Below are positions 43,664 to 56,515 of a stretch of DNA of 64,000 nucleotides, piece after piece. The position numbers and the translations under genes were made by a program. The notes beneath the pieces were generated by a model. The model was not told where the DNA came from. It was given only the letters and a program-made list of their open reading frames with translations, and did not search any database. Positions within the stretch are counted from its first letter, which is position 1. Every line of letters starts with the position of its first letter. The DNA comes from Camelus dromedarius (taxonomy: Eukaryota), in the NCBI RefSeq assembly GCF_036321535.1, contig NC_087436.1:45696001-45760000 (forward strand), in the 5' to 3' direction.

Positions 43664-45949
43664 AGCAGCCAATCAAACCCTGCCTCACTTCTGACCTGTG
43701 ACCACCAGGCCGAAAGGGCACCCCCAGCCCTGGAATTTCGCAGCCCCTTCGTAGCCTGATGGTTCAAGAAAAGTCTCTTCAGGTAGTCACCACCTGGGAC
43801 CTACCCCCAAGGTCTTCTTTTCGATCTCAAACTTAACATTCTCGCACTGTGGAGGGGAAAACAAAGCAGAAAGATTGGTTTAACCTGTTGGCAGAATTTC
43901 TTTTCTGAGAACTGTTTTGTTTACTAAGACACTTCAGTGTACTATTTAGTAATTTTTTTAAAGTTTTTTTTTTTTTTTTTAATTTACAATGAGAAGCCTA
44001 GGATATGATCAAGAAAACAGAACTGGAGGAGGAAGCAATCTACACTGTTCTATGTAAGGATGTGTCTGAAGGAGACCAAGGAAACAGAATCAGGTGTCGA
44101 TCAACGTAACCGAGAGGAGGCGGGAGGCTGGCGCTCGAGGGAGAGACGGCGGGTCTTTTCCACCGAGAACAGTTAATTAACCTTTAAGCACAAGAATGAA
44201 AAATGTTTTGTTCTAGTTGCTTGATGTGTGGGATCAGGATGTGAATGTGACTAGGGTTTTTTCCCCCCGCAAGCCTTCAGTTAAAATTGGTACCGTTACA
44301 GCCCAAGCACTGGCTCTTTTGAGAAGTAAAACAAGGTGGCGTGGATGTGAGGTGGCCGAGTGCGGGGACGTGAGGTGACGGGGTGTGGGGAAGGGACAAC
44401 GCGAGAGGGACGCGAGGCACAGAGGAGTGGAAGGACCGGAGTGGACACAGCCTTTCCTTCCAGTCTCTGTCCTCATGTCCAGCCATCCTCCAGGATGTAG
44501 GAGGGAAACACTGGGTTCCCCCGGAACATGAGGTGGAGGCACAGCCCATTTAGATTTAAAAACCCTAAGCTACTGTGACCACAGCAGGCCATACAGCTTT
44601 AGAATTTTTGCCCAGCCCCCAACCCATTTTTAGGGATGTGGTCTGTTTTTCTGACCATTATGGAAGTATTTCAGCGCAACCCAGCTTCAGGAGGGATCCT
44701 AGGGTGCTAAGTTAGCCAACTGGGGAGGTCAATTTTTATTTCCACCATTACACATTATGAGAAAAGTCATTCACTATAAATAACTATGCTTTACTGGGGA
44801 AAAAAAATAGCAATCCTTTTGCATTTCTCTTCATACTTTAGTGAAAAGAGCTGAGCTAATAAGGAAGAAGGATATAGCATTTATTCCATCATCTTACTAC
44901 TTCTCTGAAACAGTTTCTCCCAAGTAGGATGTATATCACTTAGAGACTGTAAGATGGTTCATTACTGTGTGAAAAGAAAATGTTAGAAGTGTTACCTGTT
45001 GTAAATGTTCTCAATATTAGTTTATATATAGTATGTAGGTAACTGATAAATGCGTACTGGGAGCATATGCCCACATTTTAGCTTTTTTACAGATGGAAGG
45101 GAATTGGGAGACTACTGATATTAAAAAAAAAAACCAACTACTCATACTGCACAAGGAATTATTTCAAATGGATTTTCATGAAGGCAAATTTATAGATGAT
45201 AAAGTAAGATTTTGAATTTATTTGAGCCAAATTATTAGTCCATTTACTTTTGATGGGAAATAATCAATTACTTGCTCTACTCTGAAATAAGTGAATAAGT
45301 CCCACCTTCCAACTTCTAAATTGAATGTCAAATAAAATGGACAAATCTCCAACTAGCTCCAAACTGTAAATTTATTTAAAGAACTGATTTATCATTCCCT
45401 TATATGACCTCAACAGCTTTAAAAACCTTAAAGAAATTGTTTCCAAACATAAGGAAAAATACACAAGATATTTAAATAATCATTTTCAAGTGGCTTATTT
45501 TTGCTGTTCTTAAAAATATTACTGGTAAGAAATCTAACAAGGAGACTCACTTTGCACTCAGTGGAATTTTTTATCAGTTGATGTCACAGAAAGACAAATA
45601 TTGGAGCTGCAGTTCCACAAGGGCACTCACTCAAATCGGCTTGATATGATTTTGTATGTTTAATAAACATTTCTTCTAAGCACAAAAATACAAGTTATGA
45701 TGTGTAAAAGAAATTCAATTATTATTGAAGAAACCAAGCCATATTTAGAAAATACCACCTCTGTTACTACCAATAAAATGATTTAACCACAATAAAAAGA
45801 TTAGTAGCAGCTGAGATTAGCGAGTGCTTATTATAGACCAAGTTCTGTCTTATGCACTTTACATGTATTAGCTGAGTGGTGCTAAACCCAGGCTGCCTAT
45901 TATGCTTGTTAGAATCACCAAGGGAGAGTAACAGAAAATGATGCTCAGA

Positions 45950-46058
45950 TTTATACATATATATAAACTGGATCACTATGCTGTACACCAGAAGCTAACA
46001 CAACATTATAAATCAGCTATACTTGAATTAAAAAATTAAAATGCCAAAAAAAAAATAA
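45950..46058 (+). mobile_element. L1 3' end fragment
   Basis: GGATCACTATGCTGTACACCAGAAGCTAACACAACATTATAAATCAGC plus A tail. Confidence 0.75.
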
Positions 46059-49042
46059 AATTTAAGTTCTTTACCACTAGTTCTACTACCCCTCAAAGAC
46101 CAACAACCACTGAGTACTTAGGGGATGGTTTTATTCACGTGGTATGCATGAAAGATCATTCCTGTAATTTTTTACAGATAGATTAAAAAAAAAAAAGCTT
46201 TTGCATAACTCTGGCTGAAAAAACAAACAGGATTTTGACCATGGAATTACGCTGGTTTGCACATGACTGGGAAGCTGACCAAGCCTTGGCTGGTGCTGAA
46301 ATCAGTGATTTCACTGTTGACTGCTAAAAGTGATCTCCCCAGTTGGCTAACTAGTGCCCCAGGAGCCATCCTGCAGCCAGCTCTCTGAGGCTTGGCCTGT
46401 ACTTCTTCCTCACTCTATTTACCAGGAAAGTTCATATAAATAATGCAGGTAGAGACATCAAACAGGAACAGTTCTTTTTCAACTGCTATTTCTCCTCCAG
46501 GGCAAATAGACTTGAAAGTTCAGAAGCCACTTGCTGGCAGTTTTCCTCCTTGCTCTCCGCATTCCCTGTAGCTCAAACAGAAGCTAACTGAATACTCAGT
46601 TGATTAAAAAAAAGAAGAGGCAGCAGGAGGAGGAGGTGTGGGAGAGGGGGAAAATGAGCAGAAAACCCAATTCTGAGTTGCTATCACTTGGTTTATCTGG
46701 CTCAGCAGTCACATGCAAGACAACCCTGCATAAAGTTACCTGAATCGGACCACAAAGCACTCTTCCTGCTGGATCAGGTCTCAATGCCAAGGGCAAGGAA
46801 TAAAGCAAGTAGAATTTTATTAGGGGGAAAAATAGATGATGGCACCGTATCTATTTAGAGATGAGGAATGCTATCCTCTGAAATGCAGGGAGCATAGGGT
46901 GTGACCCAGGCAGTTATCAGCTAACATGAGACATGGAGTGAAAAGTAGAGGGTTTAAACCTGCGACTTGCAAGGAACAAGGCAGCAAGAGGCAGAGAGTC
47001 ACAGAGTGGCATCCAGACATTCCACCCTCCATGAGGTCTGTGCCACGTCACTGCAGTGCTCAAATAAGGCATCTTGTGATACCATTTGATCAAAGAGATT
47101 TAGCCAAGACATGGAGCCAAGAGGACATTTATTAAGCACAATCCACTAGCCTCTGTGGTAGGTGCATTGCCCATGTTAACCCCTTTGTGATTCCCCACAA
47201 CAATCCTGAGAGGGGGCCATTATTATTTTTCAGCAATATTCCACTATAATTTAAGTGGTCGTGTGGATTTGAAATGAGGTGTGTTGCTTCTAAAACCTCT
47301 GTTCCTTCCACTCTGTGACTCTATCTCGTTGTCTCTACCCTAGGCTTCAGGTTTCTTTCTTTCTTCCATCATTTATTTATTTCTTCAGCCAGCCTCAGTA
47401 AAGGCACTTTTGGGCCACAGGCAGTGTGGCAAGAAGTACGAGGCACAGGCTCGCTCACTAGCAGGAATCTCCTGGCTCCCTGGGACTCTAAAGCCACATG
47501 TAAAAGTTCACTTCCATATTATTTTTGCTCTCTCAGGCTCTGCTTCTCCACTGGCTCCCACCATCTCCCCTCATGCCAGGCAGAGGGCAGTGCCTGATTC
47601 TGGTCACTTGCCAACTACTCTGGGGAAGATGCTCCCACCCCAGAGAGGCTCCAGTGCACTCGACAGAACTGTGTTCAGAAGCTTCTGCCTCCCAACAGCT
47701 GAGTCACAGGTTCATGGGGTCATTTTTGTCTTTTGTTATTTCCTTTTTGTTGCTCTTCTTTAGGACTTTGTGATCAGCCAATCAGGGAAAGACTTCTTTT
47801 TCATTCAGCGAGAATTTACTGAGTATATACTATGAAAGCAGAGATGCTCTAGGTGCTGGGGACACAGAGGTAATTAGAATTCAGTCCTTCCTTCCAGTAC
47901 CCTAGGGTTCTGCCCACTTGTTCCTCTGAGTGCTGCCTGGTGACAGAGTCCCGAGATTCTGAGCAAGAGCACCTGATTTCCTTATCGGTAATTTCCTTTA
48001 TGGGAGAGCCTGACAGGAGCCCAGCATCAGCAGTTTGGCTCAGAACTGTTCCCTTTATTCCCACTAGTTTGTGCTCTCTTCCGGAGATTTCTCTTCTGGA
48101 AATATTACTGTGTTTCACTCAATCTGCCTCTTTTTTGGAAGCCAGATCCCTTCTCAAAAGGGCAAAACGATAAGAAAGAAATATCAGGGCAGTTCATGCC
48201 CTGTGTTGGATGGAAATGGCTGTCTTGTTTGAGCAGCAGGTTGGAGACCCACCCAAATAAGGATTAAATAAAATGAATTAAATAAAATGAGTCAATAGTC
48301 AGACAGAGAAAGGTGCTTTTCAGGCAAAAACTCAGGATTGCTATTTTGCATTCAGTAGAATTCCTACTTCCTCTCAATTAAAAACCCATTTAACATGGCA
48401 GGGATTGTGGTATATTATCATTTCTTGGCAGTTCTCAAAGTTACAATGCACCTGTTACTGAAAAACTGGAGCTGCCTCAGAGCTTCAGAAGCAGCGGGAG
48501 GGGGAGAATGGGGAGGACATTTAACTTGAAACTTGGCTTAATTTTCACAATGATAGAATCACATTTGTTCCCAACTCCCTTCCTATTTTTCACTGATTTT
48601 TAGCAACCTCTGAGTTCTTATACAAAATTATCTGAAGGATGATTTTTTTCCTTTATGGTTTAAATAGGGATAGTTTCACCAAAAAAAAAAAAAAAAAAAA
48701 AGTGCCATCTGTTTCCCCAGTTTCCCACATAAAGCTAATCAGCTAAGTATTTTGTCTCTCATGTCAGAATAAAGGCGGAGGCTTATGTGAAGTGTTCAGC
48801 TAGTTTAAAATGAGACCTATTCACTCACACACAGAACCGTTTGAGAGCTGTGAATTTTTATAGTTGGTAGCAGTTTAGCTCTAACAGCCGGTAAGGAAAT
48901 ATGCATGCATTAGAAAACAAAAACGAAGCAAATACACACGCCCAAAGACAAATCAGAAAAAAATGCCCAAGTACACAAGACGGAATGAACAGGTATCTGA
49001 GGGCAGTTTTGGGGAAGAGGAGAACCCCTTTTTATGGGATTA

Positions 49043-49627
<585 letters not shown>

Positions 49628-49700
49628 GAAAAATAGAATGACTCGCCTTTCCTTTTTAAAGCCTTTGTGGCTCCACCCTTCTCCTTTAGTGACACTTGAG
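49628..49700 (-). promoter_or_regulatory. EGF core promoter with atypical TATA box (TTTAAAAAGG, 49660-49651)
   Basis: TTTAAA element about 30 nt upstream of the inferred TSS, consistent with the atypical TTTAAA box recalled for EGF promoters; AP-1-like TGACTC near 49639-49644. Confidence 0.7.
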
Positions 49701-52700
49701 TGAGCCTCTGTTTGCAAAGGCAAATGTGGGCAATTCCAGGTTACAGGGAAGCAGGGACGCCTGCCAAGGAGGAGATAGCTGGCTGTTCACCATAAACATT
49801 CCGGACAGAACCGGGGAGAGAGCAATGAGGGGGCTGTGGAGTTGCTCCTGGTGTCTTGGAGGTACCTGTTGAATATTGGCTATGTGTTAATATATGGAAG
49901 GATGGAGACAAGGTTAAACCACGTCATATACATCAATGGTGAACAGCACTGCTGATAATTCAGACTTAGAGCAATTGATCATTCACCTGAGTGAAACTAA
50001 AGAAAATTCACCCCCAGCTCATTATTTGAACAAAATGTCAACACCAGTACACATTCCTGGAGCTTAATCTATCTTTCTCCCCCCTGTATAGTTTATAGCG
50101 GAATTTGAAAGATTATTCTTTCCAAATCAAAGGGAAATCCCTGACACCAGACGAAGAGCTGCAGTATGCACAGATACCTTTTCTTTCAGCAGAACCATAA
50201 TTAAATATCGGAGGGGCCAGGAGTGCAGGGAAAGGAAGGGATTGTTATCATAGAGCCTGTTGGAAAAAATACGCTAATAGCACAAAATCTGAGAAGCATT
50301 GGGAATCTGGCATAACTGCACACTGATCCTTCTCTGACAATTTAGGCTATCTTTTCACGTATCAGTGAGAGAAAATAAAAGCTTGAAATGTGGATTTGCT
50401 GTCTCCTCATCCATATTTTACTTGGAGAAACAGCAGTCATTTCTTCAGAAGTGCACCAAGGACCCAGAACCCAGAAATATCCAGCTCAGGCAAACCATTT
50501 ATACCAGATTTGATGAACAGTGGAAATTTCTGCCAATTTACTTCATCCTGGAAAACAAGTTTTCATTTAAGTTGCCCAGAGGTAGCATTCCAAGTGCTAG
50601 TCAAAATGTTGATAAAGCAAAGTAGTCACAAAAATAACAGTCACACTAGTGAACACCCCTTATGGAGAACAGGAATTACTCCAAGCCTTTTGCTCATATT
50701 TAATTATGTCCTCATCATTCCTCAAATACTGGGTCACTTTACTGAAACAGCCAAAGTCAGGATTCCTCTGATTTCAGCTGGCCTCTGCCAGACAGCTCTG
50801 ACCCCTTATAGGAGAAACAGAGCCTAGGGGGCAGCAGAAGTCATGTGGGGGGGATACATGGAATATTCCATTGCTTTCTGGACTCACTCAGACTCAAGCC
50901 TCAGAATGAATGTCCTACAAATAACCTGCACTGAGCTACTAACTTTGTTAATGAGCTTCCCCTCCAGCAAAAACACACAGCTGGGTCCCAGGTGACAGCA
51001 GTAGAAGGAACTTAGAGGACAGTCAAGCATCCAGCTGTGTTAGAGAAAAGAGACGAGAATGATATGGACACAAATATGAAATAATCAACAGCTATATTTT
51101 ATTTGAATTTTGAATCTCTCATATCACTTTTGGTTGTAAAAAGGCTTGCTTTCTGAATTACATGTCACCTGGGCTAATATTATCATTAAGGTTGAGTATA
51201 AGCCCCTTAGGAGACGATGGAGTCAACACAGGTATGGTCGATGCTGAACAATCATGGTAAACATCAATCCCACCTAATTCACAGACAGCCTAGTGTTGCC
51301 CAAATGGCAAAAACACAGGACAGGGCTACCCACCTAGAAAGGACATCCAGAGATATTTAGTAAATCCATATTCTTAATTCTAAATAAAATTGAACCTCTC
51401 CTGGACAAATGAACATCCTCCTTATTTGAAAGTTGCCCAGAAATCTACTGTAGCTTTATAGGTTTGAGCTGCCTGATAAATTTTAGCTTCTGGAATTGAG
51501 TCAAATTAATGAACTCATTGACTAATTAGAGAGTTATATGTGATAGGGCCCTGCATGGATTACAGGCAACAGAAGGCAGGGTCCCTAAGCTCAAGGGCTT
51601 GCTGAGGTTGACTGACCACCACCACAAAGAAGGGTTTATGAGTTCGAGCAAATGAATGGCCAGGAACCAAGTATTCTGGGGGTGTCAGGAAAGAAGGGGA
51701 ACTATGACAAACTCTGTGGACCAGAGCATACAGCAAAGCTTCCTGGAGTAGTTAGGAAGCCTCAGATGGGCATGGAAAAGAAGGCCATGCTGACCGTAGG
51801 TGGAACAGGACAAAGCAAATAATTGCTTATTTATTAGATCCTTAAGTCCTGAGGTAATACAGCTGGGTGGGAGGAGACCTGTTGGCAGGTCCGTAAGAGA
51901 GTTAGATGCTCATGGCAAGGAGACAGCTCTGAATGCTTTTGAATATGAGTGGACAGCAATAGGAGAAGGGAGGCAGTTGGAAGACATGTTTATGTGTGCT
52001 GGTCATCATTCTAACTCTTCATATAAAATTTCCTTACTGAAGCACAAAGCATTTAATTCACCTGGCGTATAGGTTTGCTATATTACATATATAGCAGACA
52101 TATAATACATATTATAACACACAACTGTTACTAATCATCACCACCACCACACCATCCACAGACTACTTCCTGTGTGCCAGGCATATAGGAAGTACAGATG
52201 CTTTATTCACAAGGCTTCCAATCCTTAACACCTCCTTGCAAGGTGCATGTTATTGCCCCATTTCACAAATGAGGACATTGACAACCAGAAAGGCTGAGAA
52301 ATTTACCCAATGTCACACACATTAATGGAGAACATAAACTCTGAAGTCATTCTTTGCTCCTCATTAGATGGTGGTTGTTGATCAGAATAAACGGACCAGA
52401 GCATTGTCAAAAGAAAGAGCAAAACTTACACTACACATGTGGATATGATTGCGGGGACCAGGAGTGGCAAGGCAGTGCATTTTGGTAGGAGTAATTATTA
52501 AATGTCCACCCCACAGAAAAGAGTACACAGGCCATTTCATGGTCCACCTCTATCAATAAATGTCAACTATATCAGGACAGTTCCTACAAAATTTGAAAAT
52601 ATTTTCTTAATTTTCAGAAAGTTTTTGACATATGTCTGACATTCTTAGTGATTCATACGTGGCAGAAATTGAAATAGTATTAAGGAAATGAAATTAAGAT

Positions 52701-52789
52701 CACAGGCATAGGAATTAGCTATGAAGGCAAATTATAGTTTATCAAGATATGAATACCAGGTATAAGAACTATATTGAAAAAGAAGGGCA

Positions 52790-53470
52790 ATTGTGCTCCT
52801 TTGTTTATCAAAATGAGCTGAAAACTTATGTCCACTAAATACCCTACACATGAATATTTACTGCAGTTTATTCATAACTTCAAAAAGTTGGAAGATGTCC
52901 TTCAGTAGATGAATGGATACACAAACTGTGGTACATCCATACAATGGAATTTCATTCAGAAATAAAATGAAATGAACCATCAAGCCACTAAAGACATGAG
53001 GGAATCATAAATGCATATTGCTAAGTGCCAAGAAGCCGATTTGAAAGGCTACATACTGTATGAATTCAATATACAGGCATTCTGAAAAAGGGAAACTATG
53101 GAAACAGTAAAAAGATCAGTGATTGTCAGGGGTTGCGATGGATGAAAGATGAGCAGGGGGAGCACAAAGGGTTTCTAGGGCAGTGAAACTATTCTGCATG
53201 ATATGATGGTGGATATACGCCATTATACATTTATCACCACCCACAGAATGTACAACAATAAGAGTGGACCCCAATGTAAACTATGAACTTTGGTTGATAA
53301 TAATGCAGCAGTATTGGCTCATCAGTTGTAGAAAATGGACCACATTAGTGCCAGATATAATCATAAGGGAAACTGGAGGGAGGGGAAGAAATGATATGTG
53401 GGAACTCTCCATACTTGCACAATTTTTCTGTAAACCCAAAATTGCTTTTAAGAAAAACTTATAATTTAAA
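52790..53470 (+). mobile_element. L1MC/L1MB 3' end
   Basis: AAACTGTGGTACATCCATACAATGGAAT, GTGAAACTATTCTGCATGAT and AATGTAAACTATGAACTTTGGTTGATAAT motifs. Confidence 0.8.
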
Positions 53471-53864
53471 AAGAAAAGGGGAGAGGAGTCACTAGCCAAT
53501 TAAGTAATACTATGCCTAATGCACAGATTAAGTAACGCCACGCCTCTACCAAATGAAATCAGATTTTTAAAAGCCCTTGGTAAACAACAAGTAAAAGAGG
53601 AATCCTAACCACGCTCCATCTTTCTGCTAAATCCACCCCAGTCACCTGGAAAGGTTCCCCTGACCAAGAGGAAGAAACAAGCCTCCAGAAACTGGGTGTG
53701 TATTTTAAAAAGAGCATAACAATCCATCATATATAATCCCCAATTCTGTGAAGCAGCAACAAAGTTTAACTTTTTTTTTTTAAAAAAAAGGCTCATTCTA
53801 GACTGCATTGCATTTATTTACATAGTCTCAGCATACTTACTGGTTTACAATCTCAGGAGTTCCC

Positions 53865-54246
53865 TGGGTGAAATTCTAAACTGGCCCCTGTACCCTGGAA
53901 GGCAGGAAGAGACCAAAGAAAGAGGCAGACCACGTCCAGTTGGAAGGCGGCAGGTTTAATAAGCAAGCGAACTTACTTATGAGGCTTGTCTTGGACATCT
54001 GCAAAATGAGTACATCTCCACACCCACCCCGCAGAATCTTAAACTTTTATGTAGAGGCCCTGATTGGGTTCAGTCACATATACCGTCCAGGTGGTCTCAG
54101 CAATACATCGTTCTCTCAAGGCTGTGTCCTTGAAATGGCTCCAGTTATGAGAACAGTGGGCAGAACATACATTCCAAGGGCAGGGAAGCCGGTGAGGACC
54201 CTCGGGTCAACCGGTGGTCACGTCCTCTTGATGACCTCCTCCAACC
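53865..54246 (-). mobile_element. Solo LTR (ERVL-like) about 4.2 kb upstream of the EGF TSS
   Basis: Degenerate TG...CA ends, near-TSD TTCCC/ATCCC; TACATAAAAG and ATTAAA on the minus strand. Confidence 0.65.
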
Positions 54247-54336
54247 ATCCCTCCTTCATTGTTCTCTCAGGTATTTTAACTTCTAAAAATGTCAAAGTTA
54301 ATGGAAAGAACTCTGATTTTTCTATTGTCCAAGATT

Positions 54337-54637
54337 CTGTCGTCCCTTGATATTTGCTGGGGATTGCTTCCAGGAACCCCCTCAGACACCCAATTCCCTT
54401 ATATAAAATGGACGTTTTATTTGCGTGTAGCCTACACACATGCTCCCCTAAACTTTAAAGCATATCTAGATTACTTATAATATGTAATACAACGTAAATG
54501 CTATGTAAATGGTAGCCATCATGTGGCAAGTTCAAGTTTGGCTTTTTGAAACTTTCTGAATTTTTTTTCCAAATATTTTCCATGCACAGTTGGTTGAATA
54601 TGCAGACGTGAAACCCACAGATGTGGAGGTCTGACTG
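54337..54637. mobile_element. MER2 (TcMar-Tigger) element, opposite orientation to the 20624 copy
   Basis: CTGTCGTCCCTTGATA...GACTGTA ends; CCCTTATATAAAATGG motif. Confidence 0.75.
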
Positions 54638-55024
54638 TACAATCTTTCCCCTCACCTTCAATTCTGCTGCATCTGTAGGAAGCATAGTTCCATTAGGTAT
54701 AGAGCATCTGAAAGCTTGACAAGAGTACTGGAGATGCTATAACTTCATAGAATTAAAACTATTGCTGGAAATTAATGAAAATGTAGGCTCTAGTTTGCAG
54801 CTCTTCCTTTGCTCTTATTATATTTATTAAACTGTGAAGTAGTATCTTCTTTCCCTCTTCTACTTTCAGATAGAAATTATTTGACTGGAAAGCTGTACAA
54901 AATAGATGATGGAGAGAAAACATTTGAGTAAATGGTATATTTTTAAATTTTCAAATAATAGAGACACAAAGTTGCTTTCACGTGGTTTTTCTCAGCCTGA
55001 CTTCCAATTGAGATGCAGTCACTT

Positions 55025-56515
55025 TGTATTTTTATTCAAGTTCAATTTATATAAAGTGAACAGATCTTCAGTGTAAAATCTGATGAGTTTTGGTAAAAAT
55101 ATATACACATTAAACTAATACCTCAAGCAGATATGAAATGTTTCCATTACTGCCAAAATTTCCCTTGTGCTCCTCTGCAGTCAGTCCCACCCACGTCCAC
55201 AGGCAACCATTGTTCTGATTTCCATCATCATAGGTTAGTTTTATCTGTTCTTGAGCTTTATAGAAACGTAGTCCTGCGGTAGGTTTGCTTTTGTGTCTGA
55301 CCTCTTTTGTTCACCATAATGTTTTTGCTGTTCACCCATGTTGTGTGTATCAGTACTACATTTTTTTTTTAATTGCTGGGAAGTATTCTTCTGTATGAAT
55401 AGATCAAAATTTGTTTGTCCATTCTCCTGTTGATGGACATTTGGATTGTTTCCAGGTTTGGCTCAATGACTGTTTTCATTTCTCTTCAGTTAATACCTAA
55501 TTGCTGGTTCACAGGGTAGGTACATGTTTAACTCCATAATAAGCTGCCAAACATTTTTCCAAAGTGAGTGCTCCATTTTATACTCTCACAGGCAATGCAT
55601 GGGAGTTCCAGGTGTTCCACATCCTCACTGGCATTTGGTATTGTCAGTCTTTTTTAATTTTAAATATTTTAGTAGGTGTAACAGAATATTACGTTGCAAT
55701 TTTAATTTGCCTTTCCCTGATGAATAATGGTGATGACCATCTTTTCATATGTTGATTGATCATTCATGTATCTTCTTTTGTGAGATGTCTATTCAAATCT
55801 TTTGCCTGTTTCTTCATTGTGTTTTTAATTTTTTTAATTGATTTATAGATCTTTACATATATTTTGGATATAAATCTGATCTATGTATTATAAATATGTA
55901 AATACATATGTCAGATCTACGTATAAGAAATATTTTCTCCCAGTCCATGCTTATCTATTCATTTTCTTCATACTGTCTTTTCATGAGCAAAACATTTTAG
56001 GTTGGATTAAGTCCAATTTATCAATGTTTTTCTTTATGGATATGCTTTTTGTCTGTGTTAACTCTAATAAATTGTTACCTGTTTTAATCTCTCAATATAT
56101 TCTCCTATTTTTTTTCTAGGCACATTTAGAGTTTTAGCTTTTATGTTGGTGTTTGTGATTCATCTTTATTAATGTTTATATATATTATGTGAGATTGAAG
56201 TTTATTTTTCTCCACACATATATTCACTGAATATACAGTTCAGTTTGGGAAGAACTGATATTCTTAAAATATTAAGCCTCCTAATCTATGATTATATACT
56301 TCTCCATTTATTTAGGTCTTCTTTAATTCTCTCATCAATGTTTTTGACTTCCCAGTGTAGAGCTTTACATATCTTTTGTTAAGTTTATTTGTATTTTATG
56401 TTTTTTGAATGCTCTTACAAATGAATAATTCTTCAATTTTATTTTCTAGTTGTTTGTTGCTCTTTTACAGAAATAAAACTGAGTTTTATACGTGGACTTT
56501 GTATCCTGCAACCTT
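55025..56515 (-). mobile_element. Old L1M fragment(s) (antisense)
   Basis: CCATTCTCCTGTTGATGGACATTTGGATTGTTTCCAG and CTTTGTATCCTGCAACCTT motifs; boundaries approximate. Confidence 0.75.

Noticed and set aside
44171..44182. HNF1 site
   Set aside because: GTTAATTAAC lacks the spacing of the GTTAATNATTAAC consensus.
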